The notes: generated by a model from the sequence alone, not told the origin. A stretch of DNA of 64,000 bases from Spirochaetia bacterium (GCA_963662795.1 OY759746.1:3616001-3680000); one strand, 5' to 3'; numbered from the stretch's first letter, positions 20,756-31,579 are shown. Program-made: numbers and translations.

Positions 20756-21613
20756 TTATTCAGCTGATGAAACACCGAGAGAATAATAGTTTCTCATGTC
20801 CGGGTCCCACCATCTTCTGATTATATAAAAACCTTTTATTACAGCTGCAGAATGTTCTGTTGCATTTCTTCCGTAATAACCTTTATCTGTTTTTGATACA
20901 ACAGATACCGATTTCTGCTTAATCATCTCCTCAATGGAATTCAGATCAGCATGTCTTATGGATTCTGATATCCGGCTGTACCGTTCTGAAACACCGACAC
21001 TGAAATTATAATCTCTAATTTCCGGTACAAGATTAATCCATGACGGTTTTTTCTCTCTTACAGATATCTCAATACCTGTAAAATTATAAAAATCATCAGG
21101 AACAGTGTTTGTTAAATCATTTTGTTCCATCTCAAACAATGCGCCTGAAATATTTCTGTTTCTGAAATTATAGCGCAGTTTAAGTTTTTCCTTAATGTTT
21201 TCTTTATCCAATATTTCAGTTTCAATAAATAATTTTTTCGATATACCCTGAAAAGCAGCGCCTGATTCAAGGTAAAAGCCGAAGTAACTGACATCAATGT
21301 CATGGAACAGCATTACAGACTCAAAAGCGCTTTCCAGTATAGCATCTTTCTCTTTTTCTATATCAGTATAATGTGGAGAAAATCCGTAAAAAAACAGGCT
21401 GCCTCTGCTGTAAGGAGTATTGCATACACTGTCAAAAAAAATGTCTTCTGATTTAATTGCCTGATCAGTATTATGAGAGCCGGAATGATGATCCGCTCTT
21501 TGTTCTCCCGCACAGGATAGCAGGATTAGTACTGAAACAACGATTAGTAACCTTTTCAAGATATTTTCTAGCGCCAATTTTTTAATTTTCCCGAATTTCA
21601 TAACCAGGGGCAC
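20756..21613 (-). CDS. Lipoprotein with a C-terminal LPP20-like segment (start uncertain)
   Basis: Lipobox ILLSC; KPSWI...SVGVS segment. Confidence 0.6.
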   Translation of the reverse strand: MPLVMKFGKIKKLALENILKRLLIVVSVLILLSCAGEQRADHHSGSHNTDQAIKSEDIFFDSVCNTPYSRGSLFFYGFSPHYTDIEKEKDAILESAFESVMLFHDIDVSYFGFYLESGAAFQGISKKLFIETEILDKENIKEKLKLRYNFRNRNISGALFEMEQNDLTNTVPDDFYNFTGIEISVREKKPSWINLVPEIRDYNFSVGVSERYSRISESIRHADLNSIEEMIKQKSVSVVSKTDKGYYGRNATEHSAAVIKGFYIIRRWWDPDMRNYYSLGVSSAE

Positions 21614-21683
21614 CTTGCAGCAGGAAATCCTGGAATAGCCTTTGCCCCAGGTATTACTATACTTTTTTCAAGGTGCCCGCAGG

Positions 21684-21724
21684 AAAAACCCCGGCAGAAC
21701 CAATAACCTAACTTGCCGGGGTTT
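21684..21724 (-). terminator. Rho-independent terminator after the LPP20 gene
   Basis: AAACCCCGGCA / TGCCGGGGTTT stem with a U-tract on the minus strand. Confidence 0.7.
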
Positions 21725-21778
21725 GTATTTATCTTTTACAGATTAAAGATTCATACGAAATAATATCAAGGTTAAAGA

Positions 21779-22366
21779 TTATTCCTTGACAGGATTTGAT
21801 TTCGTCGGATTGCTCTTTAATTCATAATTAAGCTTTTCAAGCGCCTGAGCTGCCTTGAATTCAGAAAAAGCGGCTTCTTCATTTCTCTTGAATACTTCTG
21901 CTGCATCAGCTTTAAAATTGGATGTTTTATATTCAATCAAGGCATAAATTGTACCGTCTTTTGCAGCAAACATCTCTTTAGGTTTTGCGCCCTGAAGTTT
22001 TGTATCTGCGATCTGTCTTGAAACAGTTTCCACGAATTTAATAGTCTGTGTACTGTCTACCCCTGATTCCTGAGCATAATCAGTTATGGCATTTTTTATC
22101 TGAAGGCTTGTTTGTCTTGCAATATCATCCCTTGCTCTTGCAAGAGCCATTGTTCTCGACATATCAAGAGAAGACATTTTCGCGACACCTACTCCGTAAA
22201 GAGCATCCTCTGCTGTAGGGGGCATGAGAAAAAACTGGGGGACATCAGACATAGTCTCTTTAACAGCCTTTTCCTCCGCCTTTTTTTCTTTTGTCTGTTT
22301 GGAAGCACACCCGAATGCAGAAAGTACAGACAACAATGTAAAGATAATCAGTAATTTTTTTAACAT
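21779..22366 (-). CDS. LPP20-family lipoprotein
   Basis: Lipobox AFGC; VPQFFL...LYGVGVA...ALARARDDIARQ; SD AAGGAG. Confidence 0.8.
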   Translation of the reverse strand: MLKKLLIIFTLLSVLSAFGCASKQTKEKKAEEKAVKETMSDVPQFFLMPPTAEDALYGVGVAKMSSLDMSRTMALARARDDIARQTSLQIKNAITDYAQESGVDSTQTIKFVETVSRQIADTKLQGAKPKEMFAAKDGTIYALIEYKTSNFKADAAEVFKRNEEAAFSEFKAAQALEKLNYELKSNPTKSNPVKE

Positions 22367-22548
22367 CTCTTACTCCTTGAATAAAAAAAGCTTTTTAATT
22401 TATCAATCAGGTTTATTCTGCCAAAAGCTGAACCTATAAAACATTAAAGAATCTTGATTGCTTTTTTGTTACATAAATTATAAACATTTTTGTTAATATT
22501 GTCATCTGTGGTAATCAAAAGATATTTAATATCCATTTTTTGACAGAC

Positions 22549-22578
22549 AAAAAAAGGGACTTGATTCAAGTCCCTTTT
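22549..22578 (-). terminator. rpsU terminator
   Basis: AAAAGGGACTTGA-T-TCAAGTCCCTTTT with a U-tract, directly after the stop. Confidence 0.8.
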
Positions 22579-22583
22579 CGTTA

Positions 22584-22793
22584 TCAGTAACCTTTTGTCG
22601 ACTGCATTTTTCTCAGTTTCTTCTGTTGTTTTCTGATGATTGCTTTTTTCTTTCTATTGTTGACTGTGGAAGGTTTTTCGAAAAACTCTCTTTTTTTCCA
22701 TTCCCTGATTATACCTTCTTTCTCAACCATTCGCTTAAATCTTTTAAGAGCTTTTTCGAGCGGTTCTGTATCATCTATTCTCACAAAAGCGAT
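22584..22793 (-). CDS. rpsU: 30S ribosomal protein S21, probable non-canonical ATC start
   Basis: [33 protein letters not shown]; SD GGGAGGT at 22801-22807, with ATC at 22793 at normal spacing. Confidence 0.95.
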   Translation of the reverse strand: MAFVRIDDTEPLEKALKRFKRMVEKEGIIREWKKREFFEKPSTVNNRKKKAIIRKQQKKLRKMQSTKGY

Positions 22794-22798
22794 AAAAA

Positions 22799-23788
22799 TC
22801 ACCTCCCTTTGGCCAAATCCGAAAAATCAGAATTAATAATACTTAAAATTTCATCTTTGTCAATCAGCGGATTGACTGTAAAATATTCAGGATCAACAGG
22901 TATCATCTGGTTTCTCATCTCCCAGTGAAGATGGGGGCCTGTAGAGAGTCCTGTGCTACCGACAAGACCTAATACCGCACCCTTGGAAAGAAATTGATCT
23001 GTCTCAACATAAATTTTTTCAAGATGATAATAAATAGTAAATACCCCTGGAAGATGTTCAATTATTACACTGTTCCCTGTAAGAAGACGGTTGCCGCAAT
23101 ATATAACGCGGCCGGACGCGCTGCAGTGAACAGGTGTACCTGGTTCTAGTGCAAGATCTATCCCGTTATGAACAGAATTGACAGATTCACCGCTTTTATA
23201 TACAAAATTCCTGATATCACCGAAAAATGAAGTGGTAACAGGATTATTCATTAGCGGTTTCATGATATTCGTATCAGCAAGAATATTATCACTGTTAAAG
23301 GAATTCAAATATCCGACAAGTTCACGGGTTTCTGTTTTTCGTCTTTCAGAGTCATCTGCACGTAAATCAGAAAGGTTTTCGTTTAATGAGATAGTCTCTT
23401 TTCTATATGCTCTCTCATTCAGGAACACAGGAAAATCCCTCTTTTCAGTATATTCTCCCTCAATATTTACAGATATCAGATATTTACCACTCCCTAGAGC
23501 AGGGTCGAAACTGATAAAGATGATAAAACAGTCAAGTCTGTTATTACTTTTTGATGAAAGCTCCTGAATCAAATCAGTTTTATACCTGAATCCCTGAAAC
23601 CGTTTGATTAGAATCCCTTTTTCATTCTTAAGTTCAGCAGTAATTTTATTTACACTATCAGAAGAAACTGCAGTTACCCTGACTATTGCCCCTGGAGAAG
23701 ATTCTTCCTGACATTTTATTACAGTCTCGGCATTGGCACAGAATGATAAGAAAAGGAACAGGAACGAAAAAAATATACGGGAAGACAT
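22799..23788 (-). CDS. M23-family metallopeptidase, exported
   Basis: Signal peptide; HNGIDL, YYHL and STGPHLHWE motifs. Confidence 0.92.
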   Translation of the reverse strand: MSSRIFFSFLFLFLSFCANAETVIKCQEESSPGAIVRVTAVSSDSVNKITAELKNEKGILIKRFQGFRYKTDLIQELSSKSNNRLDCFIIFISFDPALGSGKYLISVNIEGEYTEKRDFPVFLNERAYRKETISLNENLSDLRADDSERRKTETRELVGYLNSFNSDNILADTNIMKPLMNNPVTTSFFGDIRNFVYKSGESVNSVHNGIDLALEPGTPVHCSASGRVIYCGNRLLTGNSVIIEHLPGVFTIYYHLEKIYVETDQFLSKGAVLGLVGSTGLSTGPHLHWEMRNQMIPVDPEYFTVNPLIDKDEILSIINSDFSDLAKGR

Positions 23789-25950
23789 CAGATGATTCTT
23801 TCCAGGTCAATAATGTCAAGCTGGGGTATATTATTGTTTATGAAATAATTATTCCTCAACCTGAAAATTATATCTACCGTATCATCAATTGAAACATCCT
23901 TTCCTGCCTTTTCAGCTCCGTTCCAGAAAACAGCCGGCCAGGGCATATTGCCTGATTCAAGGACAAGCTTGAGATGACCGGCGGCTTTATTACCCATTAT
24001 TTCAATATTTTTTACCTTTAATGATCTGGCAAGAAATAAAAGCGCAGGATTTCCCTCTCCGAAAGGCATCATTGCGCTTACCACATCAACTATTTCCTGA
24101 TTAAGGTATCCAGGCGGCAGTTCCGCATCTATTTCAATAATACGGTCTTCCCTGTTAATTTTGGTACTGTTTTTTATATAATCCAGAAGTCTCTTTTTCA
24201 ACGTATCAAGATTTTCTTTTTCCATGGAAAAACCGCCGGCAAAATCATGGCCACCGAAATCAAGGAATAGATCACTGCAGAAATTCAGCATAGCCATAAT
24301 GGAATAACTGCTCATACTCCTTACAGAACCGACAATCCGCTCATCCATAACAGTGAAAACAATAGCAGGTACCTTGAAATAAGATGCAAACCTGGCAGAC
24401 AGTATCCCTGTGATCCCCCTGTTAACTTTGCTTCCTCCGGTAACGACAAGTGATTCATCCATCTCTTCGTAGCTTTTTTTCGCAGAATTAAACAGAAGAT
24501 CCCAGAGGTTGTCACCCAGCTTTTTTCTTTCCTTGTTAAGTGAAATGATTTCATCAGCAAGGGACCTTATTTCTTCAAGATCTTCAGAAAAAAACAATTT
24601 TGCAGCTTTTTCAGGTACACCCATTCTTCCAGTCGCATTAATGAGCGGCGTAATATTCCATGCGATATCTGATGTTGAAATATTTTTATCAAGCAGTTTT
24701 TGTCTGAAAAGAAGCTCGTGAAGCCCTTTGTTTGCGGTCTTCTGTATATTTTTTAGTCCGTGCCTCACTATTATCCTGTTTTCATTGACGAGAGGCATCA
24801 TATCTGCGATCGATCCGATTGTAACCATATCCATTATATTTTCAATTCTGTCATTCAGGATCTGGTTTTGCTTTAAAATAACTGCGGTAAATAAATTCAG
24901 AAGTATATCAAGCTCTGTCAGCTGATTTTCGCTGTATCTTGCGCTCCTGCTTACTTCTTTCATTTTCAGCAGACTCATCCCTTTAAGCCGGGGGAAAAGT
25001 TCTGTTGCCTGATCAGCAATATCAAAGGCATTGAGCTCCATACTGCTGCCGAATATCTCACTGAAAAGTCTTTTCTGCTGGGGAAGCGAATAAACTATAA
25101 TAATTGAATCCCGCATATATTTAATCAGGCCGGTTCTGCCTGGATCGTTTATGACACCCGGGACAAAAACCTCTCTCACCGGGTCGCTGGTGTTAACAAG
25201 GTTAAACATCCTTTGCGCTTCTGCAGTAAAAGACCCCCCTCCGGCCGGAATTATATTCAGGATGCATATATTTTTTTTATAAAGCTCGGTATCAGAAAAT
25301 GTCAGCGCCCAGATAACCTTGGAAACTACTCCGCATCCTGCAAGGTCGCGGAAAGGATAGCCTGTATCCTCAAGTTTAGGATTTATGATCGCAAATGCCT
25401 CAGGGATGGATTCCCCCGGAGTATGATGGTCGATAATGATTGTATCTATGCCGAGAGAAGCGGCGTATTTTATCTCTTTGGTACTTGATATACCGCAATC
25501 GACTGTAATAATCAGCGTTCCGTCATTCTCCGCAAACTCCCTCACCTTCTCTTCTGTAATACCGTATGGTTCATCACCGGAAGGAAGCGACCAGCTGACA
25601 TCAATACCCATCTCATTCATTTTTTTAACAATCAGGACTGTTGATGTAATTCCGTCCGCATCCCTGTCGCCGAATACAATCACCTTTTCACCTTCATCAG
25701 CTGCAGCATGAATACGGTCAACAACATCTTCCATTTCGTGAAACAGAAAAGGATTATGAATATATTTGAGATCTTCCTCAAGGACAAAAACGATGTCTTC
25801 CGGCTTTGTTATTCCCCTTCTCACAAGTATGGAAGACAGGAGAAGGCTTATGTTATATCTTGACGATATTTCTTTGACTGAATCCGAATCAATCGGTTTT
25901 TTATTATATTTCATTAAGTGTATTATTACCTGTTTTACCTGGTCCAGCAT
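23788..25950 (-). CDS. recJ: ssDNA-specific exonuclease RecJ
   Basis: GDRDADG, TVDCG, IDHH, GGHDFAGG, PFGEGNP; central insertion. Confidence 0.95.
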   Translation of the reverse strand: MLDQVKQVIIHLMKYNKKPIDSDSVKEISSRYNISLLLSSILVRRGITKPEDIVFVLEEDLKYIHNPFLFHEMEDVVDRIHAAADEGEKVIVFGDRDADGITSTVLIVKKMNEMGIDVSWSLPSGDEPYGITEEKVREFAENDGTLIITVDCGISSTKEIKYAASLGIDTIIIDHHTPGESIPEAFAIINPKLEDTGYPFRDLAGCGVVSKVIWALTFSDTELYKKNICILNIIPAGGGSFTAEAQRMFNLVNTSDPVREVFVPGVINDPGRTGLIKYMRDSIIIVYSLPQQKRLFSEIFGSSMELNAFDIADQATELFPRLKGMSLLKMKEVSRSARYSENQLTELDILLNLFTAVILKQNQILNDRIENIMDMVTIGSIADMMPLVNENRIIVRHGLKNIQKTANKGLHELLFRQKLLDKNISTSDIAWNITPLINATGRMGVPEKAAKLFFSEDLEEIRSLADEIISLNKERKKLGDNLWDLLFNSAKKSYEEMDESLVVTGGSKVNRGITGILSARFASYFKVPAIVFTVMDERIVGSVRSMSSYSIMAMLNFCSDLFLDFGGHDFAGGFSMEKENLDTLKKRLLDYIKNSTKINREDRIIEIDAELPPGYLNQEIVDVVSAMMPFGEGNPALLFLARSLKVKNIEIMGNKAAGHLKLVLESGNMPWPAVFWNGAEKAGKDVSIDDTVDIIFRLRNNYFINNNIPQLDIIDLERII

Positions 25951-25965
25951 GAGCTGGCGGAAAAA

Positions 25966-26730
25966 TCAGCCGAGATATTCTTTACCTGTCCGCAGGGTTG
26001 AAAGACTGTCTTCCAGATATTCCTGTATTATACTATATAATATAGACTTCAGGTATTTCAATAAATTATTTTCAATTCCTGCCTTTAATGAGTGCCCGAT
26101 TTCATTTTTTAATGAATATGCGATATATTTCCTTATTCCCGGGACAATTTTTATCCGGGAGTTATTCAAATCAGCGCAATCAGTACAGATAAAACAGCTG
26201 TGATGATGATTATAAAACATTGTCTCATTATCTATTATGCTGCGGCTGCAGAACCCGCACTCATCGAAAATGAAGTTTCCGCCCATCAGGACCGTGCTCC
26301 TCAGCAGGTATTGAACCATCATTTTATCATCAAGCTCTGAAGGACATTTTTCAAGAAGATCAAGCGATGATGAGAGCAGCTGATAAAGTTCCAGAGTCCC
26401 CTCCCCTCCTCCGTGAGCCTTGACAGCTATCTCAAGCCAGCACAAGGCCGTATAATATTTTTTCAGATTATTTTTTATGGAATCATAAAATTCTTCCGGC
26501 GCATAATCAATAATCTTGATGCTCCTGCTCAAAGGATCATTATAGATATCAAAATGTCCCCTTGTAAGGGGCTGGACTGCCGGACCCAGTTTACTTTTCC
26601 CCTTATAACCTCCATATGAAATTGTATTAATAATTCCTTTCTGGGGCGAGAAAACAACACTTCCCTTGTGATAATCATGTATCCTGTAATTCCGTATAAC
26701 TATTCCATCTATTTTTAGGTTTCTGTTCAT
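25966..26730 (-). CDS. recO: DNA repair protein RecO
   Basis: N-terminal OB fold (DGIVIR...FSPQKG), CxxC...CxxC zinc finger; directly upstream of recJ. Confidence 0.88.
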   Translation of the reverse strand: MNRNLKIDGIVIRNYRIHDYHKGSVVFSPQKGIINTISYGGYKGKSKLGPAVQPLTRGHFDIYNDPLSRSIKIIDYAPEEFYDSIKNNLKKYYTALCWLEIAVKAHGGGEGTLELYQLLSSSLDLLEKCPSELDDKMMVQYLLRSTVLMGGNFIFDECGFCSRSIIDNETMFYNHHHSCFICTDCADLNNSRIKIVPGIRKYIAYSLKNEIGHSLKAGIENNLLKYLKSILYSIIQEYLEDSLSTLRTGKEYLG

Positions 26731-26832
26731 CCTGAAAGTTCTTTTTCCTTGACAACATTATACAATAATAATTAGCTTTAATATAATTATTGAATAATTA
26801 TTTAACTTATTATTTTATCAGGAGTTTTTATA

Positions 26833-29172
26833 ATGTCTCAAAAGGAAATAATACCTGCTGGTCAGCATCTGCCGGACAAACTATATATTATTCCCCTTTC
26901 TGGCAAACCGATATTTCCGGGTATATTTACACCGCTGATGATTATGTCAAAAAAAGATATTGCGGTTGTTGAACAATCCCTTATAAATGACAGTATGCTC
27001 GGCCTTGTTTTGCTGAAAGATGAAGAATCATCAGAAGTTTCACCGGAAGAACTTTATACAGTCGGCACAGCTGCAAAAATTGTAAAAAAGATCAATCTGC
27101 CGGACGGCGGAATGAATATTTTTATATCCACAATAAAAAGATTCAGAATAAAGCATTATATATCGGAAATTCAGCCTTTGACAGCGGAAGTGGATTTTAT
27201 GAATGATGAAGCTGAAAAAACAATGGAAGTCAAGGCACTTACCCGCTCCATTATTTCCGAGATGAAACAGGTTTCAGAGAACAATCCCCTGTTTTCTGAA
27301 GAAATGAGGCTGAATATGGTAAACATCGATCAGCCGGGGAAAATTGCCGATTTCATAGCATCAATTTTAAATATTGACAGGACTGAGCAGCAGAAAATAC
27401 TTGAAACACTTAACGTAAGAAAAAGAATGGAACAGGTTCTTGTTTTTATAAAAAAGGAACAGGAACTTCTGCGGATACAGAAAAAAATCCAGCTACAGAT
27501 TAACGAAAAAATCGAAAAGAACCAGAGGGATTATTTTCTGAGGGAAGAATTAAAAGCTATAAAAAAAGAACTTGGTATGCCTGTTGATTCAAAAAGCAGT
27601 GAATACATAAGGTTCAAGGAAGCAATCGAAAAACTGGAACTTGAAGGGGAAGCAAAAGAACAGGTAGAACAGGAATTGCAGAAATTCTCGCTTATGGAAC
27701 CTGTATCAGCTGAATTCGGCGTTACAAGAAATTATCTTGACACTATAGTGTCGCTGCCATGGAACAGACCTGAACCGGAAAATCTTGATATAATAGCAGC
27801 CAAGGAGATCCTGGACAAAGACCACTATGGGCTTGAGGATGTAAAGGAAAGGATAATTGAATACCTTTCTGTAAGAAAGTTAAAACAGGATACCAAGGGT
27901 TCTATTATCTGCCTTGTAGGACCTCCGGGAGTCGGAAAAACATCAATAGGAAAATCAATTGCAAGGGCTATGGGGAAAAAATTCTTCAGATTTTCTGTCG
28001 GAGGGATGAGAGATGAGGCTGAGATCAAGGGACACAGGAGAACCTATATCGGAGCAATGCCCGGGAAAATCATACAGGGCCTTAAAATAGTAAAAACAAA
28101 AAACCCTGTATTCATGATAGATGAAATTGATAAACTCGGCGTCTCTTACCAGGGCGACCCTTCATCGGCTTTGCTTGAAGTCCTTGACCCTGAGCAGAAT
28201 ATAAGTTTCAGGGACCACTATCTTGATCTGCCGTTTGATATATCGCATGTTCTTTTTATCACAACTGCAAACACTCTCGATACCATACCGCCGCCCCTGA
28301 GGGACAGAATGGAGATTATAAGGCTCGCCGGCTACATAAAAGAGGAAAAAATTGCAATTGCAAGAAAATACCTTATTCCCAAGAGCCTTTCATCAAGCGG
28401 AATAAAAAAGCAGCAGGTAAAATACGATTCTGCAGCCCTTACAGTAATAGCAGACCAGTATGCACGCGAGGCGGGAGTGAGAAACTATGAGAAATCACTC
28501 GACAGGATACACAGGAAAATAGCAAAACAGTTTGTACTTGATGGTTTAAAGCCTCCTGTTAAAATCACATCAGAGAGTATTGAAAAATATCTTGGGAAAC
28601 CCAGCTTCAGGCCTGAAGAAATCAAGAAGGTGATAAAACCCGGAATGGTAATTGGTCTTGCATGGACTAATTTCGGAGGGGATACCCTGATGATAGAAAC
28701 TGTATACACAGAAGGGAAAGAAGGGTTCAAGCTGACCGGACAGATGGGTGATGTAATGAAGGAATCTGCCAATATAGCCTATACCTATGTGAGAACTCTT
28801 GCCCCTCAATACGGTATAAAAAAGGATTTTTTCGAAAATAATATTTTTCATCTTCATATACCGGAAGGAGCAACGCCCAAGGACGGACCATCTGCCGGTA
28901 TAACAATGGCTTCAGCATTATTCTCCCTGATGAGAAATAAAATAATAAAAAAGAATTTTGCCATGACAGGAGAACTCTCTCTTTCCGGAGCTGTGCTGCC
29001 GATTGGCGGACTTAAAGAAAAAACAATTGCAGCAAGAAGAAATAACATTAAAAACATAATAATTCCGCGCCAAAATGAGAAAGATCTTGAGGAGATTCCC
29101 AGCCACATAAAAAAGGGAATAAAATTTTATCCTGTGGATTATTTTGAAGATGTTATCAGGATAATATTTTGA
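26833..29172 (+). CDS. lon: ATP-dependent Lon protease
   Basis: DHYGLEDVKERI, GPPGVGKTS, DEIDK, PKDGPSAG, IGGLKEK. Confidence 0.98.
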   Translation: MSQKEIIPAGQHLPDKLYIIPLSGKPIFPGIFTPLMIMSKKDIAVVEQSLINDSMLGLVLLKDEESSEVSPEELYTVGTAAKIVKKINLPDGGMNIFISTIKRFRIKHYISEIQPLTAEVDFMNDEAEKTMEVKALTRSIISEMKQVSENNPLFSEEMRLNMVNIDQPGKIADFIASILNIDRTEQQKILETLNVRKRMEQVLVFIKKEQELLRIQKKIQLQINEKIEKNQRDYFLREELKAIKKELGMPVDSKSSEYIRFKEAIEKLELEGEAKEQVEQELQKFSLMEPVSAEFGVTRNYLDTIVSLPWNRPEPENLDIIAAKEILDKDHYGLEDVKERIIEYLSVRKLKQDTKGSIICLVGPPGVGKTSIGKSIARAMGKKFFRFSVGGMRDEAEIKGHRRTYIGAMPGKIIQGLKIVKTKNPVFMIDEIDKLGVSYQGDPSSALLEVLDPEQNISFRDHYLDLPFDISHVLFITTANTLDTIPPPLRDRMEIIRLAGYIKEEKIAIARKYLIPKSLSSSGIKKQQVKYDSAALTVIADQYAREAGVRNYEKSLDRIHRKIAKQFVLDGLKPPVKITSESIEKYLGKPSFRPEEIKKVIKPGMVIGLAWTNFGGDTLMIETVYTEGKEGFKLTGQMGDVMKESANIAYTYVRTLAPQYGIKKDFFENNIFHLHIPEGATPKDGPSAGITMASALFSLMRNKIIKKNFAMTGELSLSGAVLPIGGLKEKTIAARRNNIKNIIIPRQNEKDLEEIPSHIKKGIKFYPVDYFEDVIRIIF

Positions 29173-30014
29173 AAAAATCTGTCAGGCATTTGTATTCCGG
29201 CATCCATTACTTAATATTACTTTTTTGCCTGCTTTTTATTTTTATATCCTGTGTGAAAAGTGAAAGTTTATATATTGATGGCGTTGTAAAAATAACTGAG
29301 AAGGAATTTCTTTTAACTTTAGAGAAGCTGCCTGATGATATAAGGGAAAATATTCTTAAAGAAAAAAAAACTTTTATCTCACTGTTATCGGAAGTTCTGG
29401 AATTGGAAGCAGCAGACGGGGAGGACAATCTTCTGTTCTTTCCGGCAGATAAAAAAAATCTTTTACATGAAGATTTTGAACCTTCAGATCTTTTACCGCT
29501 TGATAAAGAAGGGTTTCTGCTTAACAAAGAAGGGATGAAAATAAGAAAAGCTGTCATGAATGATCTCAAGGAAATGATAACAGAAGCATCAAAAGCCGGA
29601 CTGAAAATTGTAATTTCATCAGCATACAGATCCTATAGTTATCAGAAAAACCTTTATAATTATTACATCGGTATTTACGGAGAAAAAGAGACTGCCCGTT
29701 TTTCCGCCCCTCCCGGTGCTTCGCAGCATCAGCTTGGAACTTCTATGGATTTCGGAAGTATAACAAAAGATTTCATGGACACGGATGAAGGGAAATGGAT
29801 TAAGGAAAACGGCTGGAAGTACGGTTTTTCACTCTCATATCCTGAAGGATATGAAAATATTACGGGATATGAATTTGAGCCCTGGCATTACAGATATATT
29901 ACAAAACCGGGGGCTGCTCTTGAAAGAGATTTTTTTGGAGGACTTCAATACCTTTTTATTGAATATCTCACAGACAACAGGGAAATGATGCTTTCAAAAA
30001 AATCTCATAAATAA
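29169..30014 (+). CDS. M15B D-Ala-D-Ala carboxypeptidase (VanY-like), probable lipoprotein
   Basis: SAYRSY, SAPPGASQHQLG-SMD, EPWHYRY; lipobox FISC. Confidence 0.9.
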   Translation: MKKSVRHLYSGIHYLILLFCLLFIFISCVKSESLYIDGVVKITEKEFLLTLEKLPDDIRENILKEKKTFISLLSEVLELEAADGEDNLLFFPADKKNLLHEDFEPSDLLPLDKEGFLLNKEGMKIRKAVMNDLKEMITEASKAGLKIVISSAYRSYSYQKNLYNYYIGIYGEKETARFSAPPGASQHQLGTSMDFGSITKDFMDTDEGKWIKENGWKYGFSLSYPEGYENITGYEFEPWHYRYITKPGAALERDFFGGLQYLFIEYLTDNREMMLSKKSHK

Positions 30015-30043
30015 TTACCAATATCTGAAGTCTTAAAACGTCC

Positions 30044-31051
30044 TTATCCTCTCTTCCGTCTTTCAACAGCAAGCAGACATATTTTCTCGCAAAGATCAGG
30101 AAAGCTGATATTCATCACCCCGGCAGACTGAGGCAGCAGGCTTGAGGCAGTCATTCCCGGAAGTGCATTGACTTCAAGGCACCACAGATTGCCGTCAGGA
30201 GCCATCCTGAAGTCTACCCTGCTGTAGTCTTCCATTTTCAGGGCTTTATGCGCTTTTAGAGCTGTATCCATAACATATTTTGTCTGTTCAGCAGTAAGGT
30301 CAGCAGGGAATATTTCATCAGCCCCTCCCTTCTGATATTTGCATTTATAGTCAAATATATCAGACATCTTTGGAATAATCTCGCCGACCCCGAGAGGGAT
30401 ATCATCAAGAACACCGATGGTAAGTTCCCTTCCCGGAATAAATTTTTCAATAATAACTTCCCTGTCGTGATAAGAAGCTGTATCAATGGCCTTATCAAAT
30501 TCATCAATTGATTTAACAATGGAAAGACCGACAGTTGATCCTTCACGGTTAGGTTTTACAACCAAAGGCAACCCAAGACTCCTTACAGCTTCTTCTGCAT
30601 TGACCGGAGCCATAAACCAATCCGGTGTCGGAACATTATTATGACGAAAAAGGGTTTTTGCTACATGCTTATCCATTGCAAAGCAGCAGGGCATGTGTGT
30701 GCTTCCAGTATAGGGTATCCCTTCGATATCAAGATACCCCTGGATTGTACCGTCTTCACCTGAACCTCCGTGAAGAGCAAGGAAGCAGATATCAAACTCT
30801 GAAAGTCTGTCTGAACGAATAAGACTCGCAAGCCCTTTCATAAGCGATTTTTTGTCTGAATCCGGCGGTAACTCTTTGACTTTTGTATCAAGAAAACTCA
30901 ACTCTGCTTTTTTGTCAAGAATTCCGGATGCGGTATCTACTGCAATAACATCATGATTTTTTAATTTAAGAGCCTTAAATATCTGAGCACCGCTTGCAAT
31001 CGAAACATCCCGCTCTGAACTCATCCCTCCGAATATTACTGCAATTTTCAT
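30044..31051 (-). CDS. ddl: D-alanine--D-alanine ligase
   Basis: GGMSSERDVS, LHGGSGEDG, GSTVG, FDYKCKY omega loop, EVNALPGMT. Confidence 0.95.
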   Translation of the reverse strand: MKIAVIFGGMSSERDVSIASGAQIFKALKLKNHDVIAVDTASGILDKKAELSFLDTKVKELPPDSDKKSLMKGLASLIRSDRLSEFDICFLALHGGSGEDGTIQGYLDIEGIPYTGSTHMPCCFAMDKHVAKTLFRHNNVPTPDWFMAPVNAEEAVRSLGLPLVVKPNREGSTVGLSIVKSIDEFDKAIDTASYHDREVIIEKFIPGRELTIGVLDDIPLGVGEIIPKMSDIFDYKCKYQKGGADEIFPADLTAEQTKYVMDTALKAHKALKMEDYSRVDFRMAPDGNLWCLEVNALPGMTASSLLPQSAGVMNISFPDLCEKICLLAVERRKRG

Positions 31052-31162
31052 AAATTCTCCAGTTTAAATACAATTTTCTGATTTTAGCAAAGCATGATTA
31101 TAATGTCAAAATAAATATAGAGAAATCTGTAATTGTTTTGATTTTACTGATAAAATGTTAAT

Positions 31163-31579
31163 ATGAGAATTCATTATGATTTTCAAAACAGACGGAAATA
31201 CAGATATTTTTTATTGCTGCTTTTATATATTTTAATTATGGCAGCAGGCCAAATATCAGCGAAATACGGTTCACTTCAGTCATCAGCATATGAAGTGCCG
31301 GTAAAGACAGGTCTTAATATTTTTCATATATTAAGTTATTTTTTTCTGATCTTAAGGGCTCCTTTATGGTTTTATATTCTTAAAAAATCGGATATTTCAA
31401 CTGCCTATCCTGTTTTGTCTTTAAATTATATACTTATTTTATTGTTTTCAGTAATAATATTCGCAGAAGCTGTCACGCCGGGTAAACTGGCAGGTTCTTT
31501 ACTGATAACCGCAGGGGTGCTGCTGGTGCTGTCCAGTTCAGAAATACCGGTAATAAAAACAAAAAAACAGGAAGTGTAA
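31163..31579 (+). CDS. Small DMT/EamA-family membrane protein (ArnE/ArnF-like)
   Basis: Four hydrophobic helices; STAYPVLSLNY...FAEAVT...GSLLITAGV. Confidence 0.75.
   Translation: MRIHYDFQNRRKYRYFLLLLLYILIMAAGQISAKYGSLQSSAYEVPVKTGLNIFHILSYFFLILRAPLWFYILKKSDISTAYPVLSLNYILILLFSVIIFAEAVTPGKLAGSLLITAGVLLVLSSSEIPVIKTKKQEV

Noticed and set aside
29169-31051. VanY-like gene plus ddl as a glycopeptide-resistance cluster
   Set aside because: The genes are convergent, there is no vanH/X/R/S, and the ligase has a D-Ala-D-Ala-type YxxKY loop.
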